A stretch of 64,000 nt of DNA, from the NCBI GenBank assembly GCA_963723105.1, contig CAVRPK010000003.1:9206-73205 (forward strand). Reading direction: 5' to 3'. A program made the position numbers and the translations under genes. The notes beneath the pieces are model-generated. The model was not told the origin of the DNA and made no database searches. It saw only the letters and a program-made list of their open reading frames with translations. This document shows positions 48,181 to 58,471 of this stretch, piece after piece. Numbering within the stretch: the first letter of the stretch is position 1; every line of letters begins with the position of its first letter. The DNA comes from an uncultured Candidatus Micrarchaeota archaeon. Its GTDB lineage: Archaea; Micrarchaeota; Micrarchaeia; Anstonellales; Bilamarchaeaceae.

Positions 48181-48801
48181 TCTGATCAGGAAACTAGTTC
48201 TATATAATCTTCTTCCTTCTTCAAGACCCACAAGTTTCCTTGTGATAGTAGCCTTTACTTTCAGCTCACTTAGAAGAACAATCACTGCCTTTGAGCTTCC
48301 GACATAAAGATCAAATCCGCCATGTTTTTCCTCTTCTTTTGTGATAAATGTTTTACTGCTTAATTTTTTGATGAACATATTTGCATATTTTTCAACTTTC
48401 TTTTCAGGACCTCTTAATTGGACTATTCCTTGGAAATATCCTCCACTGATTCTTGAGCAGTACTTGCACAATGTTGTGACAATCTCAAAGAGAATGCTTC
48501 TTCTTACGGTGGTTTTTTTCCCATCTTTGACTACTGTGAACTCTGCGATGTGGTTCTCAAGATCGAAATTCCCATAATTAAAATCTCCCCTGCACTTTCC
48601 AATTACAAAATCGCTTATTTTTTTATCACTATAAGCTGTCCATTCACCACTAATCTTGAGCTTTTCGCATCCTTTACACTGCTCTACTTTAAGCTTTGTT
48701 GGGCATTTGAGTTTGACTGGATAGCAATCGCTGCAGAATGCTTCAATGAATTCTTTTTCATCACCATGCTTGCCACATTTTGGGCAAATCAAATCAGACA
48801 T
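48175..48801 (-). CDS. NMD3-like ribosome biogenesis protein (archaeal)
   Basis: CPKCG...FCSDC...CKGCEKLKISGEW...CKYCSRISGGYFQGIVQLRG...RTSFLIRL. Confidence 0.72.
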   Translation of the reverse strand: MSDLICPKCGKHGDEKEFIEAFCSDCYPVKLKCPTKLKVEQCKGCEKLKISGEWTAYSDKKISDFVIGKCRGDFNYGNFDLENHIAEFTVVKDGKKTTVRRSILFEIVTTLCKYCSRISGGYFQGIVQLRGPEKKVEKYANMFIKKLSSKTFITKEEEKHGGFDLYVGSSKAVIVLLSELKVKATITRKLVGLEEGRRLYRTSFLIRL

Positions 48802-48834
48802 GACTTTAAAAGTGTTGATAATGTATTAAAAGCG

Positions 48835-50586
48835 ATGACAAACATCAACAAGGCAGTAAGTTTGACTTCTTATCTTATTACTCTTCCAAAATCCCGATAT
48901 ATTGTTGCAGGAATAATAGTTCTTAGTCTGGTTTTTGGAATTCTGCTGAACCTGGAAAAACCTATTGAACAGGCTGCTGCAAATGGATTGATGGTTTTAG
49001 CTCTTCCAGCTCTCATATCATCACTTGTAGTAAAAATCCTTATTCGGAAAATGCCATATCGGAGAATCGCTGCAACTGCTCTTGGAGGAGAGATTGTCTA
49101 TTCAATTGCCTATGGAATCAGTTTCCTGCTTGTTGGAGTAAATCCGCTTTGGGCTCAATTAGTGATACTTGTTGGCTCTGCTCTTGTTTTTGTTTTATGG
49201 TATGTTATTGCGAGATTTGTCTTTATTCTGAAATACAGATCGATTCTCTTTGCAATGATCCAGCTTTTGTTCTACTTGTTTTTCCTTGGAAGCAATCATG
49301 GTCTTTACTTTGCCGGTGAGCCGTTTATCGATCTTGCAGCCAAGTTCTACATATCATCATTCGTTCTTCTTGGTGCAATTGCCTTATTTTTCTTTATCAT
49401 AAATGCTCCGATGAAAAAGAACTTTGGAATAAGAAGTACTGATGCTATGTCTTATTTCTTTGGCCAATGGCTCTATAATAATAAGGACATGGAAAAAGCG
49501 TTTATGCAAGTTGGAGAGCCGGTAAAAACACTGGTTTCTCTAATGGCATTTAAGAGGAAAAAAGACACTATTTTCTTTGTTACTCCATATGTTCATTTTG
49601 GTCCGTTTGGGAACCTTGGCGGAAGTGAATTTTCGCATCTTATCACAAAAGCAATGGATGAAAAATACAACTCAAGCACATTTGTTTTCCATGGAACGGT
49701 AACTCATGATCTAAATCCGGTTTCAACTTCGGAAATGGATAAAATTCTAACACTAGTTGACAGTTCTCTAAAATCAGCAGTCTATAAAGATGCAAAAGTT
49801 TCCATTTCAACTGGTTCAATGAAAGAATGCCAGGCACAAGCTCTTCGGGTAAACAATTCTTCAATGATAAGTCTCTCCAGAGCTCCAGAGCTCACAGAAG
49901 ATATCAATTTTGGTCTTGGCCTTTCCCTGATGTTTGAAGCTCAAAAGCATGTAGAAGATGCAATGATAGTAGATCAGCACAATTCTGAGACTGGGGATAT
50001 TACGAGCTTTGAGCCTGGGAGTTTGGTTGGATACGGTTATCTGAATGCACTTAAGAATTCTCTAGCTGTCAAAGATTCGAAAAAACCTCTTAAGATCGGA
50101 GTTGCAACTAGGAAAATTGATTCTGATGTTATCGGAGGCGCTGGAATTCGTGTTGCAGTGTTTTCATCTTCTCCGGAATATGTAGTTGTTCTAATTGATT
50201 CCAATGGAGTTACTCCGAATTTTAAAAATCAAATAGATAAAGAAGTGAAAAAAATTGGCAAATCTCTTGGAAGGGAATTTATTGTCGGAGTCTTTACTAC
50301 TGATACTCACCAGACCAACATGGTCAAAGGAGTGCTAAATCCTCTTGATTCTGAGAAATCACTTCTTCTTGCTATTAACAGTGCGTGCAAGGAAGCAATT
50401 GATGATATGCAAAGTGCAAAATTCTTCTCAGATACACAGTGGCTTGACATTAATGTTATTGGGGCAAAGCAGTCTATTGAGCTCATTTCGACAGTCAATT
50501 CAATAGTTGCTGTTGCAAAAATTACTTTGCCGCTTATTTTGCTTGGCGCAATTTTTCTTCTGATTGCAATTGCAACCAAGCTGTAG
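48835..50586 (+). CDS. Membrane protein with a large soluble domain (DUF2070-like)
   Basis: Start moved to ATG 48835 because the ORF-track extension is antisense to the NMD3-like gene. About 6 N-terminal TM helices, a soluble domain and a C-terminal TM helix. Confidence 0.6.
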   Translation: MTNINKAVSLTSYLITLPKSRYIVAGIIVLSLVFGILLNLEKPIEQAAANGLMVLALPALISSLVVKILIRKMPYRRIAATALGGEIVYSIAYGISFLLVGVNPLWAQLVILVGSALVFVLWYVIARFVFILKYRSILFAMIQLLFYLFFLGSNHGLYFAGEPFIDLAAKFYISSFVLLGAIALFFFIINAPMKKNFGIRSTDAMSYFFGQWLYNNKDMEKAFMQVGEPVKTLVSLMAFKRKKDTIFFVTPYVHFGPFGNLGGSEFSHLITKAMDEKYNSSTFVFHGTVTHDLNPVSTSEMDKILTLVDSSLKSAVYKDAKVSISTGSMKECQAQALRVNNSSMISLSRAPELTEDINFGLGLSLMFEAQKHVEDAMIVDQHNSETGDITSFEPGSLVGYGYLNALKNSLAVKDSKKPLKIGVATRKIDSDVIGGAGIRVAVFSSSPEYVVVLIDSNGVTPNFKNQIDKEVKKIGKSLGREFIVGVFTTDTHQTNMVKGVLNPLDSEKSLLLAINSACKEAIDDMQSAKFFSDTQWLDINVIGAKQSIELISTVNSIVAVAKITLPLILLGAIFLLIAIATKL

Positions 50587-50662
50587 CTTCAATATATTTA
50601 TATTATTTTCCTAGTATTACCACTATGTTTCTGACTAATTAGAATTATTCATAGGGATTTAT

Positions 50663-50848
50663 ATGGCTCAAAAACAAATTCAAAAGCTTTATCATGAGGT
50701 AAATAGGTTGCGCAAAAAGGACGGACTCGAGTCAATTAGCCTGCTTCGTTTGGCTCATAAACTCTCAAACTTCCATGAAGATCAAAATCCAAGAGTAGCA
50801 AAAGCACTGGATAATCTTGGAATGGCTGTTTTGCCAATCAAAAAGTAG
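50663..50848 (+). CDS. Small hypothetical protein (61 aa)
   Basis: ORF only, with no supporting motif. Confidence 0.3.
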   Translation: MAQKQIQKLYHEVNRLRKKDGLESISLLRLAHKLSNFHEDQNPRVAKALDNLGMAVLPIKK

Positions 50849-51187
50849 CTATTCTTCAGAGCAGAACTCTTCAAGAGCGCCAATTACTGCATCTATTGCC
50901 AGGTCATCTCTTTGCTGATCTACGTGAGCAAATGTCTGGTCAAGCAATCCTCTCTTTCTCAAAGCCTCGTATAGTAATGGATCATGTTTGTGCAATTGTA
51001 TTCTCCGAGTTATTCCTTCTTTTTCCATCACTTCAATTGCATAATCAACAATTTGCCTATAGCTTACTTGGTCCAGCAATATCCTTCTCCTGGACAAAGG
51101 ATTCTCAGTCTGCGATCCTTGGTTTAGGGGTTCTTTAGTAATTCTAGTTGGTTTTGCCTTTCCTTTATCTTTGGATATATGTTTCAT
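50849..51187 (-). CDS. Hypothetical protein (112 aa)
   Basis: ORF only. It lies tail to tail with 50663-50848 with no spacer. Confidence 0.45.
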   Translation of the reverse strand: MKHISKDKGKAKPTRITKEPLNQGSQTENPLSRRRILLDQVSYRQIVDYAIEVMEKEGITRRIQLHKHDPLLYEALRKRGLLDQTFAHVDQQRDDLAIDAVIGALEEFCSEE

Positions 51188-51325
51188 TCTGGTCTGCCTC
51201 CTAAATTGCCATGATAATGTAATAACTACAACAAAACTAGTTAATTAAATCTACTTCTGGATTTTATGCAAAACATGAGAAAAATTAGTAAAAACCTCGG
51301 CTATTGATTATTATCGAGGTTAATA

Positions 51326-51787
51326 TTAGTATGTTTTCCCAATTTTTCTTTTCCATTCCTTGAGAAGCTCAACACATTCTGCTCTCATGAAATCCCCCCT
51401 GATCTTAACTTTTGATTTTCCCTGTTTTTTCATCATCTTGCAGCTTATCGTAAGCTCTGAAAACCCAAGTTTCTTAACATCGGAAATAGTCGTTCCATAA
51501 ACAATTGCACCAATTCTTGCCCAGTGGATTGCTGAAAAGCACATGGGACAAGGTTCAGTAGTCGAATAGATTGCGCAGCCAGAAAGGTCAAATGTTCCTA
51601 ATTTTTTGCATGCCTTTCTAATTGCATTGATCTCAGCATGGTTTGTAGAATCCTGCTTTTCAAAAACAGTATTGTGGGTGGCTGCAACTACTTTCCCATT
51701 TTTCACAATGCATGCTCCAAACGGAGAATTTCCCTTTGTAAATCCTTTCTGTGCAATTTTGATTGCACTATTCATAAATTCCTTCAT
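51326..51787 (-). CDS. CMP/dCMP-type zinc deaminase (TadA / guanine deaminase-like)
   Basis: HAEINAIRKA...TTEPCPMCFSAIHWARI (HAE...PCxxC). Confidence 0.85.
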   Translation of the reverse strand: MKEFMNSAIKIAQKGFTKGNSPFGACIVKNGKVVAATHNTVFEKQDSTNHAEINAIRKACKKLGTFDLSGCAIYSTTEPCPMCFSAIHWARIGAIVYGTTISDVKKLGFSELTISCKMMKKQGKSKVKIRGDFMRAECVELLKEWKRKIGKTY

Positions 51788-52617
51788 GCTCCAAGCACCA
51801 TCCTAAGTATGTCCCGGATTCCAGGCGCAAAGCCCATAATCATCAAAACAAGCGCAATGAAATATTTGTCTTCCTGATCCATTTTTTCTCCTTTAAGAAC
51901 ATGTATTGCTGCAAATGCAATAGCGCATTTAACTAAATAAAACACAAAGAATGTTCCTCCGAAATTTCCAATTGCAGCAGAAAACACGTGCTGCTCAAAA
52001 TACTGAATCCCAGAAATCTTCGAGAAAAAATCTATTACGAAAAATGTTGCTGCCCCATCAAGAGCCTGTCCTGCAACAACGGCTGCATATATCTTGTCTT
52101 TGCAATATCTATATGCAATATATGCTGGGATGGCTGCCAGTATGAATATTGGAATTGAATATAGCAGGTATTCCATAAATGGAAGAAGCAATATGAAATG
52201 CGGGAGCCATAACCCAATACCAACCCATGCAAGAAGATCCATTCTTTTTATTCTGTAAAGTATTGCCATTGATATGAATAGCAGCCCTGCAGTAACCAGG
52301 TAAATCCCAGGACTTACTGTGAGGTATCCATAGGCATAAATTCCACTATCAAGCACAAATTCGTGAATTGGAGATACTGCCTGGAAAACATTATTGTCAA
52401 TTGCATCAGTCAGGCTGCGAAGAGTTGAGCCCAGTAAAACAAATGCAAGTATGCTTTTGACGAAATTCTCGTCTATTACAATTTTTCCTTTGAGAATTCT
52501 ATTAATTACATAAACTGCTCCAATGGCAATTATTGCATAAACCAGGGTGTTTACCACATTATACCCTGTTTTACTCCAAATTGGATCAATAAAGTAATCA
52601 GTTATAAAATTTTCCAT
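51784..52617 (-). CDS. DUF63-family archaeal membrane protein
   Basis: N-terminal FIDPIWSKTGYNVVNTLVYAIIAI followed by about 7 TM helices. 4-nt overlap with the deaminase gene. Confidence 0.65.
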   Translation of the reverse strand: MENFITDYFIDPIWSKTGYNVVNTLVYAIIAIGAVYVINRILKGKIVIDENFVKSILAFVLLGSTLRSLTDAIDNNVFQAVSPIHEFVLDSGIYAYGYLTVSPGIYLVTAGLLFISMAILYRIKRMDLLAWVGIGLWLPHFILLLPFMEYLLYSIPIFILAAIPAYIAYRYCKDKIYAAVVAGQALDGAATFFVIDFFSKISGIQYFEQHVFSAAIGNFGGTFFVFYLVKCAIAFAAIHVLKGEKMDQEDKYFIALVLMIMGFAPGIRDILRMVLGA

Positions 52618-52629
52618 CGTACCATCTGC

Positions 52630-52929
52630 ATGGACAATAGGCGCAAGAAGGTTATTAAATCAAGTGTCCGCTCTTCGATAATCGATTTGGTGATCATGGC
52701 CCAAAAGACCTACAGCTCGAAGAATGCGACCAGATCATCTAGATACATCAAGATGGCACTGGATTTAATCAAAAAACACAAGGTGCGCCTTCCAAAAGAA
52801 CTCAAAAACAGTTTTTGTAAAAAATGCTGCATAGTATGGATTCCAGGCAAGACAATCAATGTCACTTTTGACAAAAAGAACGAATGCCTTCGAATCAAGT
52901 GCCAATGCGGACATTCAAAAAGGCTTTAA
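52630..52929 (+). CDS. rnp4: RNase P protein component 4 (Rpp21/Rpr2)
   Basis: LPKELKNSFCKKCCIVWIPGKT...LRIKCQCGHSKRL is an Rpr2 zinc ribbon. Confidence 0.78.
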   Translation: MDNRRKKVIKSSVRSSIIDLVIMAQKTYSSKNATRSSRYIKMALDLIKKHKVRLPKELKNSFCKKCCIVWIPGKTINVTFDKKNECLRIKCQCGHSKRL

Positions 52930-52954
52930 ATAGCTCTTCGCACAAGGTTAGTTT

Positions 52955-53932
52955 ATGGATTGCCCTCACATCAAGTCATATCTATTGAGTATAGAACAAC
53001 TGATGCAGAATACTCTCAATGCAGAGGATGAGAGAATCTACGGCCTTCTTGCTCCTTATGTTATGCGCGGTGGAAAGAGAATTCGTCCAACCTTAGCTCT
53101 TCTTGCATGTGGTGCTACTGGCGGCAAATACGAATCAGTTCTTGAGCCTGCAGCAATCATCGAATTATTCCACAACTTTACTTTAATCCACGATGATATA
53201 GAAGATGATTCAGAGTTCAGGCGTGGTAAGCCCACACTCCACATAACCCACGGGCTTCCAATGGCATTGAATTCCGGCGATGCCCTCTACACACTAATCT
53301 GGAAAAAAATCGTTTCCCTGGATCTTGAGCCTGCAAAGCTTTTTGAGCTTCAAAGGCTCTATGCAAATGCCTTCAAGAAAGTTGTTGATGGTCAGGGAAT
53401 TGAAATTTCCTGGATTCAGTTCGAAAAATTCGATGTTTCAGAAGAGGAGTACCTACAGATGATCGGCGGTAAGACATCTGCACTAATAGGTCTTTCATGC
53501 GAGCTTGGAGCGCTATTTGGAGATGGCACTCACAATTCCAATTTCAGGGAATTTGGTGAAAATATTGGAGCAGCATTTCAGATTCATGATGATATTCTGA
53601 ATGTCACTGGTGATTTTGAGAAATATCAAAAAGAGATCGGAGGAGACATTTCAGAAGGCAAAAGAACTTTGATGGTAGTTCACTGTTTGAAACATGCATC
53701 TGCTGCTGATAATGAAAAACTTATTTCTATTCTAAAAAGCCATTCTAAAGACAAAAAAGATATTGACGAGGCAATTGCTCTTCTCAATAAATATGGTTCT
53801 GTTGAATATGCAAGACAATACTCCATTAAGCTCATCAAAGAATCAAAATTGGCAATTGAAAAGCTTCCGGATTCTGTTGATCGGCAATCTCTTCTCTCTT
53901 TGGCCGATTATGTGATTAGTCGTGAATTATGA
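52955..53932 (+). CDS. idsA: Geranylgeranyl diphosphate synthase (trans-polyprenyl synthetase)
   Basis: GGKRIRP, FARM motif LIHDDIEDDSEFRRGKPT, SARM motif FQIHDDILN, and GKRT. Confidence 0.9.
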   Translation: MDCPHIKSYLLSIEQLMQNTLNAEDERIYGLLAPYVMRGGKRIRPTLALLACGATGGKYESVLEPAAIIELFHNFTLIHDDIEDDSEFRRGKPTLHITHGLPMALNSGDALYTLIWKKIVSLDLEPAKLFELQRLYANAFKKVVDGQGIEISWIQFEKFDVSEEEYLQMIGGKTSALIGLSCELGALFGDGTHNSNFREFGENIGAAFQIHDDILNVTGDFEKYQKEIGGDISEGKRTLMVVHCLKHASAADNEKLISILKSHSKDKKDIDEAIALLNKYGSVEYARQYSIKLIKESKLAIEKLPDSVDRQSLLSLADYVISREL

Positions 53933-53967
53933 AAAAGTATTTAAATAAGTTTAACTGATTCTATGTG

Positions 53968-56073
53968 ATGAACTCCCATAAAACCATTGTTACTCTACTA
54001 TTATTGATCGGAATAGTGTCTGCATTTAATCCAACAGATTATTTCTATTCTAGTGAATCCGGCATAACAATTTCTTATAATAACTTTACTCTGGATTCTA
54101 CCGACTATTCAGTCGTGTCATTTGATGGGCAGGAAACATTTTTGCTCAAAGAAGGAGAGCCGGTTTCTGATCAAGCTGAAATCGAATCCGTCATGTATGA
54201 TTATTATATTCGAGAATACTATCCATCAGACGAAGATATAGAAGAATTAGAAGGCCTTGTTAAAAAATTCAATGACAGCAGAAACGATGGTTATGATTGG
54301 AAAAACAAAGAAGAATATCTTTGTAGAGATGATGTTCTTTTTGCCAATGGTAAAATTACGGTTTCAGGAAACCCTGTTACTTGTGTTGATGAAGAAACAT
54401 GCCAGCAAAATGCAATGCTTTTATATGCGGCATATGGAGAAGGACTTGGACTTGGTGCTGTAGACCCACTTTATGATGCGATTTATGCATTTGCACCATC
54501 CAGTTTTGCAATGGATCATATTCTGGGCAATTATTCTGATAAGCTGAGCAACCTGAATGAGGATTCACTTCTTGATACAATATCCTACATTGAAGGAACG
54601 ACTGGGGACCTTAAGGATTATTCCGGAGATATAGAATCAACTATCTTTAGAAGTCCAAGAAGAGATGATCAGGATGATAAGGATGATTGTTATCTGAAAT
54701 GCTTTGGTATTTGTCCATCATTTGACCTGGATCAGGATGCAATCGACGAAATAGATGATGCTGTCAGTGCACTTTCTACTAAAATCGAACCACTCTCTGG
54801 TTATGAGGCAACATCTTCTTCAATTTATACTCAATCAAATTCAAGAATCAACTATTCAACTACTGAATCCTCAGCAGCAGAGTACAATTCAAAATACGCA
54901 TCTCTAAATTCTTCTGCTGAACTTGCAGTTTCTCTTGGGGATGAGGCAACATTGCATATTCTAAATTCCACCCTTGAGCAGAATCTTGATTCACTAAAAG
55001 GATTAAAAGTTACTATTCCAAACGACATTGAAGTTCGTGACTTTTCTTCTACTGCAGATGATCTTGACACTTACGAGGAACTTATTGGAAAAGTTCACAA
55101 TTCTTCAGCTATGTTACTTGAGCAATACAACAACACCAGAAATGCAAAGAACATGCTCAATTCATTGATTCTGGTTCTGGATACTAAAGACCTGGATCCT
55201 GTCTCTCTTAGTAGCCTGGAGCTTCTCAAGAATCAGACTGATGATCTTGATGCACAATTCCATGATGGAATTGTACTAGATGATCTTGTTTCACTTGAAG
55301 AAGAATACAAAGAGCTTAGTGCTGATGGTCAAATGCTTCTCAAAAAAGAAAGCACTATGCCAGCAACAAAGGTTCTTTTGCTTTTCAGAGGCTTTGCTAA
55401 AAATGTAAATCAAGGCATTGCAAGTGTTGCAGAAGATACAAATGTCCTTTCAAAAGAGGAGATTTCTGAAAACCCATATCTTGCTCTTGGAGGCTTCTCA
55501 ACAATACTATTCCTTTCACTTGGTTCTCTATTGCTACTGGCATTTCTCTATATCTTGGCAACCTCGAGATTCATTATTCCAAAAACCAATCACATTCTCG
55601 CAGCTGCATTTGCATCTGTAATTGTTATTTTGCTTGGATTTAGTGCATTTACATTCCTTTTCCTGAGCAAAACTTCTTCAGATGCAACTTTGACTGAGTT
55701 CTTATCTGACTTTGAAGAAAAAAACGAAACTGCAATTTTTGTCGATCTTCAGGACACATCTTACGCTGATGCTATTGCAATGAATTCATGTGCAAGCAAT
55801 CTTGCCAGTACATTTACAGAAAAGAACAAGAGCTGGACGCTTTATACAGTGGACTCATCGAAATGTATGGTCACAGATTCAAATGGTCAAAACAAATCAT
55901 TAACTGTCAGTGACTGCCAGGATCAGTATGTGGTCGAGCCATCATCATTTGAACTTGGCTATTCAACGTCCAACGAACCTCCAAAATTCTCGATAATTTA
56001 TGAAAATAAAGCTAAGATTAGGGCAAACTTGGATTATTATGATTCATGCCCAATAGCTTCTCTCTTCAGTTGA
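53968..56073 (+). CDS. Large extracytoplasmic protein with a signal peptide and two internal TM helices
   Basis: The ATG at 53968 follows GTG 53965. Signal sequence is TIVTLLLLIGIVSA. No catalytic motif recognised. Confidence 0.55.
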   Translation: MNSHKTIVTLLLLIGIVSAFNPTDYFYSSESGITISYNNFTLDSTDYSVVSFDGQETFLLKEGEPVSDQAEIESVMYDYYIREYYPSDEDIEELEGLVKKFNDSRNDGYDWKNKEEYLCRDDVLFANGKITVSGNPVTCVDEETCQQNAMLLYAAYGEGLGLGAVDPLYDAIYAFAPSSFAMDHILGNYSDKLSNLNEDSLLDTISYIEGTTGDLKDYSGDIESTIFRSPRRDDQDDKDDCYLKCFGICPSFDLDQDAIDEIDDAVSALSTKIEPLSGYEATSSSIYTQSNSRINYSTTESSAAEYNSKYASLNSSAELAVSLGDEATLHILNSTLEQNLDSLKGLKVTIPNDIEVRDFSSTADDLDTYEELIGKVHNSSAMLLEQYNNTRNAKNMLNSLILVLDTKDLDPVSLSSLELLKNQTDDLDAQFHDGIVLDDLVSLEEEYKELSADGQMLLKKESTMPATKVLLLFRGFAKNVNQGIASVAEDTNVLSKEEISENPYLALGGFSTILFLSLGSLLLLAFLYILATSRFIIPKTNHILAAAFASVIVILLGFSAFTFLFLSKTSSDATLTEFLSDFEEKNETAIFVDLQDTSYADAIAMNSCASNLASTFTEKNKSWTLYTVDSSKCMVTDSNGQNKSLTVSDCQDQYVVEPSSFELGYSTSNEPPKFSIIYENKAKIRANLDYYDSCPIASLFS

Positions 56074-56078
56074 TTTTC

Positions 56079-56702
56079 ATGGTAAAAAAGAAAACCCGGA
56101 AGAAAAAAACAGTAAAGAAGAAAGAGCCGAAAAAGGCTCTTAAATCCACTACTGTCAAAAAAGAAGTAGTCATTGCAAAAGAGCCTGTTCTTCAAGAACC
56201 CCCAGAAACTGTTGTAAAAAAAGATGTTTCTGAAAAAGGAAGCGGCCTCAAAACAATTGCACTTGCAATATTGTTTGTTGCAGTTGTAACTCTTGCTGTT
56301 TATGTTCTTTTTGTCCAACCTACTGAAGGGTTTGTTCCAGGTTCAGAAGTGGATTCAGCAACATTCCTTCAAATCTTTGATTCTACTGAAAATGTTTATA
56401 TCGTCATGGATGTTCGTGGAGTTACTGACCCGCAGGTAAGACACAATGTTCTTCAATGCGGAGTTGACTTTGCAGCAAGCAGCGGCATGGGCCCTAAAAA
56501 TGCAACTTACTTCTCTATAGGAGAGGAAGGATGCATTACTCCAAAAGGCTCTTCACAAGATGCATACTGCTTCAATGAACTTAGACGCGGAGTGGCAATT
56601 TACATTCACGAAGGATCAGCTACATCTTATCATAGCAACGGGATTCTCGTTGGAGTGGGCTCAAATTATTCACTCGGAACTTGCGGCATCCACAGGTCGT
56701 AG
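56079..56702 (+). CDS. Hypothetical membrane-anchored protein with a Lys-rich N-terminus
   Basis: ATG 56079 (MVKKKTRKKK...) lies just after the upstream stop. One TM helix (IALAILFVAVVTLAVYVLF). Confidence 0.5.
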   Translation: MVKKKTRKKKTVKKKEPKKALKSTTVKKEVVIAKEPVLQEPPETVVKKDVSEKGSGLKTIALAILFVAVVTLAVYVLFVQPTEGFVPGSEVDSATFLQIFDSTENVYIVMDVRGVTDPQVRHNVLQCGVDFAASSGMGPKNATYFSIGEEGCITPKGSSQDAYCFNELRRGVAIYIHEGSATSYHSNGILVGVGSNYSLGTCGIHRS

Positions 56703-57179
56703 TTTAATGGATGTTTCAAAATTCCTATTTTTTATTACTTCTATTTCAAGATCAGTGTGATCAATTCTTGTTTTTTCTCCAAACCTGATTGTTTGGAAGT
56801 GTATTTGTTTATCTTCCATAAAGAAATCGAACTCGTGCTTTAGTACAATGCCATTGTGGCCAATATCAGCAATACTCACTTCCATTGTTCCGTTTTTTTC
56901 TGGCATAAATCTCATAATAAATAAAATATCGCCTATATGTATGTCAACTTTACATGTTCTTTTTCCTATGCATCTGTTCAGTTTTCCAGAAATTACAGTA
57001 AGCCTTGTAATATCCCCGTGCTTTTGGGCGTCTGTTCCGCTTTGCAACTGTTCAACAATTGGCAGTTGTGTTGGAAGAGGAGTAGTCATCTGACCGCATG
57101 AACATATAAGTAATCCAGAAAGAGCAGCAGCTGCGGCTTTTGGTGCTACGCGATTTCTTAATGTTTTTTTAGAAATCAT
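56670..57179 (-). CDS. Hypothetical lipoprotein
   Basis: Signal peptide with a Cys lipobox-like LSGLLICSCGQ. Confidence 0.5.
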   Translation of the reverse strand: MISKKTLRNRVAPKAAAAALSGLLICSCGQMTTPLPTQLPIVEQLQSGTDAQKHGDITRLTVISGKLNRCIGKRTCKVDIHIGDILFIMRFMPEKNGTMEVSIADIGHNGIVLKHEFDFFMEDKQIHFQTIRFGEKTRIDHTDLEIEVIKNRNFETSIKLRPVDAASSE

Positions 57180-57213
57180 ATAAATTAGTGTGTATGTAAA
57201 TGCTTATAAATGG

Positions 57214-58425
57214 TCATCTTGACTTATATCTGAGAAATGCTCCAACACCTGCAAATCCATTTAGGAATTGAGCGCCTTCAGTAGTATTTGTTGAAATAAT
57301 CTCTACTTCTATGTTGTTTGCCCTAGCAAGATCTGCAAGTTCCTCAAGAAGCGATTGTTTTTCTCTTAATTTAAGTTCTCCATCTCCAGATGGATTTGGA
57401 ATTGTATCTGGAACCTGGTCCCGAAATACCTTTCTTGCTTCATTTCCCTTTGAATCAGAATATGTTCCAACAATATGTTCTACTCCCTCAGAAATCAAGA
57501 CTTTATCTGCCTGCTTTGAAATTATTGCATTTCGAACTTGCGATTCACCATACGTTGCAAGTCCGTCATGAACAACCTGATTGATGAATCTGTCAATCAG
57601 GATTTTTTCCTTTATTGCTTCCTGCGCTTCAAGAATCGAATCGCATTTTGAAAGAATTTCACGAACTCCATATTCATCACTGTATCCAACGTCGACAGTT
57701 CCAAGTATTTTTAGCTGATAGTTGTAGTATTTTTTCTCAATGAAATAATCCTTTATTGGTCCAGGGCCTCCAATCACTACTCCTTTGACCTTTCCAAGAA
57801 AAGCGCGGTCCATTGCTTCTCCTACTTTTTTATAGTAGTTTTCTTTTTGCTCTTCAACAAGCCTTTCATATCTTCTGGCACTTTGTCCTCCCTTTCTTAC
57901 CTTTGCATGCGCAAGAGAATGGACCTTATCATCAATTTCAATATAAGTTCCCTTTACTCTGGCGAGGGTGGCATCGCTTCCATCAATCGCAACAATTCCA
58001 TAAGAATCAGTGGATTCTAACATGCGCAAAAGCGGCTCGAGGAAAAATTTGCTGTCGCAGCGGTAAGCTCCGATTGACAAAGGCTGAATTGGATTAACTG
58101 AAAAAAGTTCAATATCAATTTTTGCCGGGTTATCTGAAACGTTTCCTGCAAAAACTACAATTCCCTCATCTGGAGTTTTTTTGTATATCTTGAGATAGTT
58201 TAGTAATTTCTCAAGAGCCCCGCTGACGTTTAATTTTGTGGATTTTGACTTGATATTGCTTGCCTGTCCAAGTTCTTCACGGAGTTTGGTAGTTGTATCA
58301 TGCAATGGAGAGCCTGCTGCTATGTATACTGAAATCAGTTCAGTTCCGCTTCCCCTATATGCCTCTAGTTTGCGTATTTGTTTTTTGAATAAATACATCT
58401 TTTCAGAATCAGCCATGTTTATCAC
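57214..58425 (-). CDS. prf1: Peptide chain release factor aRF1
   Basis: NIKS codon-recognition motif (GQASNIKSKS) and GGQ motif (RKGGQSARR). An alternative ATG is at 58416. Confidence 0.92.
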   Translation of the reverse strand: MINMADSEKMYLFKKQIRKLEAYRGSGTELISVYIAAGSPLHDTTTKLREELGQASNIKSKSTKLNVSGALEKLLNYLKIYKKTPDEGIVVFAGNVSDNPAKIDIELFSVNPIQPLSIGAYRCDSKFFLEPLLRMLESTDSYGIVAIDGSDATLARVKGTYIEIDDKVHSLAHAKVRKGGQSARRYERLVEEQKENYYKKVGEAMDRAFLGKVKGVVIGGPGPIKDYFIEKKYYNYQLKILGTVDVGYSDEYGVREILSKCDSILEAQEAIKEKILIDRFINQVVHDGLATYGESQVRNAIISKQADKVLISEGVEHIVGTYSDSKGNEARKVFRDQVPDTIPNPSGDGELKLREKQSLLEELADLARANNIEVEIISTNTTEGAQFLNGFAGVGAFLRYKSR

Positions 58426-58471
58426 TATTCCATCTATCTCTCTATTTTACTGGAATTTTATTAAGGTACTG

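Noticed and set aside
48550-48834. N-terminal 95 aa of ORF 48550-50586
   Set aside because: This part is entirely antisense to the NMD3-like gene. The membrane protein most likely starts at ATG 48835.
51270-51325. Inverted repeat aacctcg-N15-cgaggtt downstream of the deaminase gene as a regulatory RNA
   Set aside because: It is a single 7-bp stem in an intergenic region. This fits a simple terminator-like hairpin, and nothing further supports another role.
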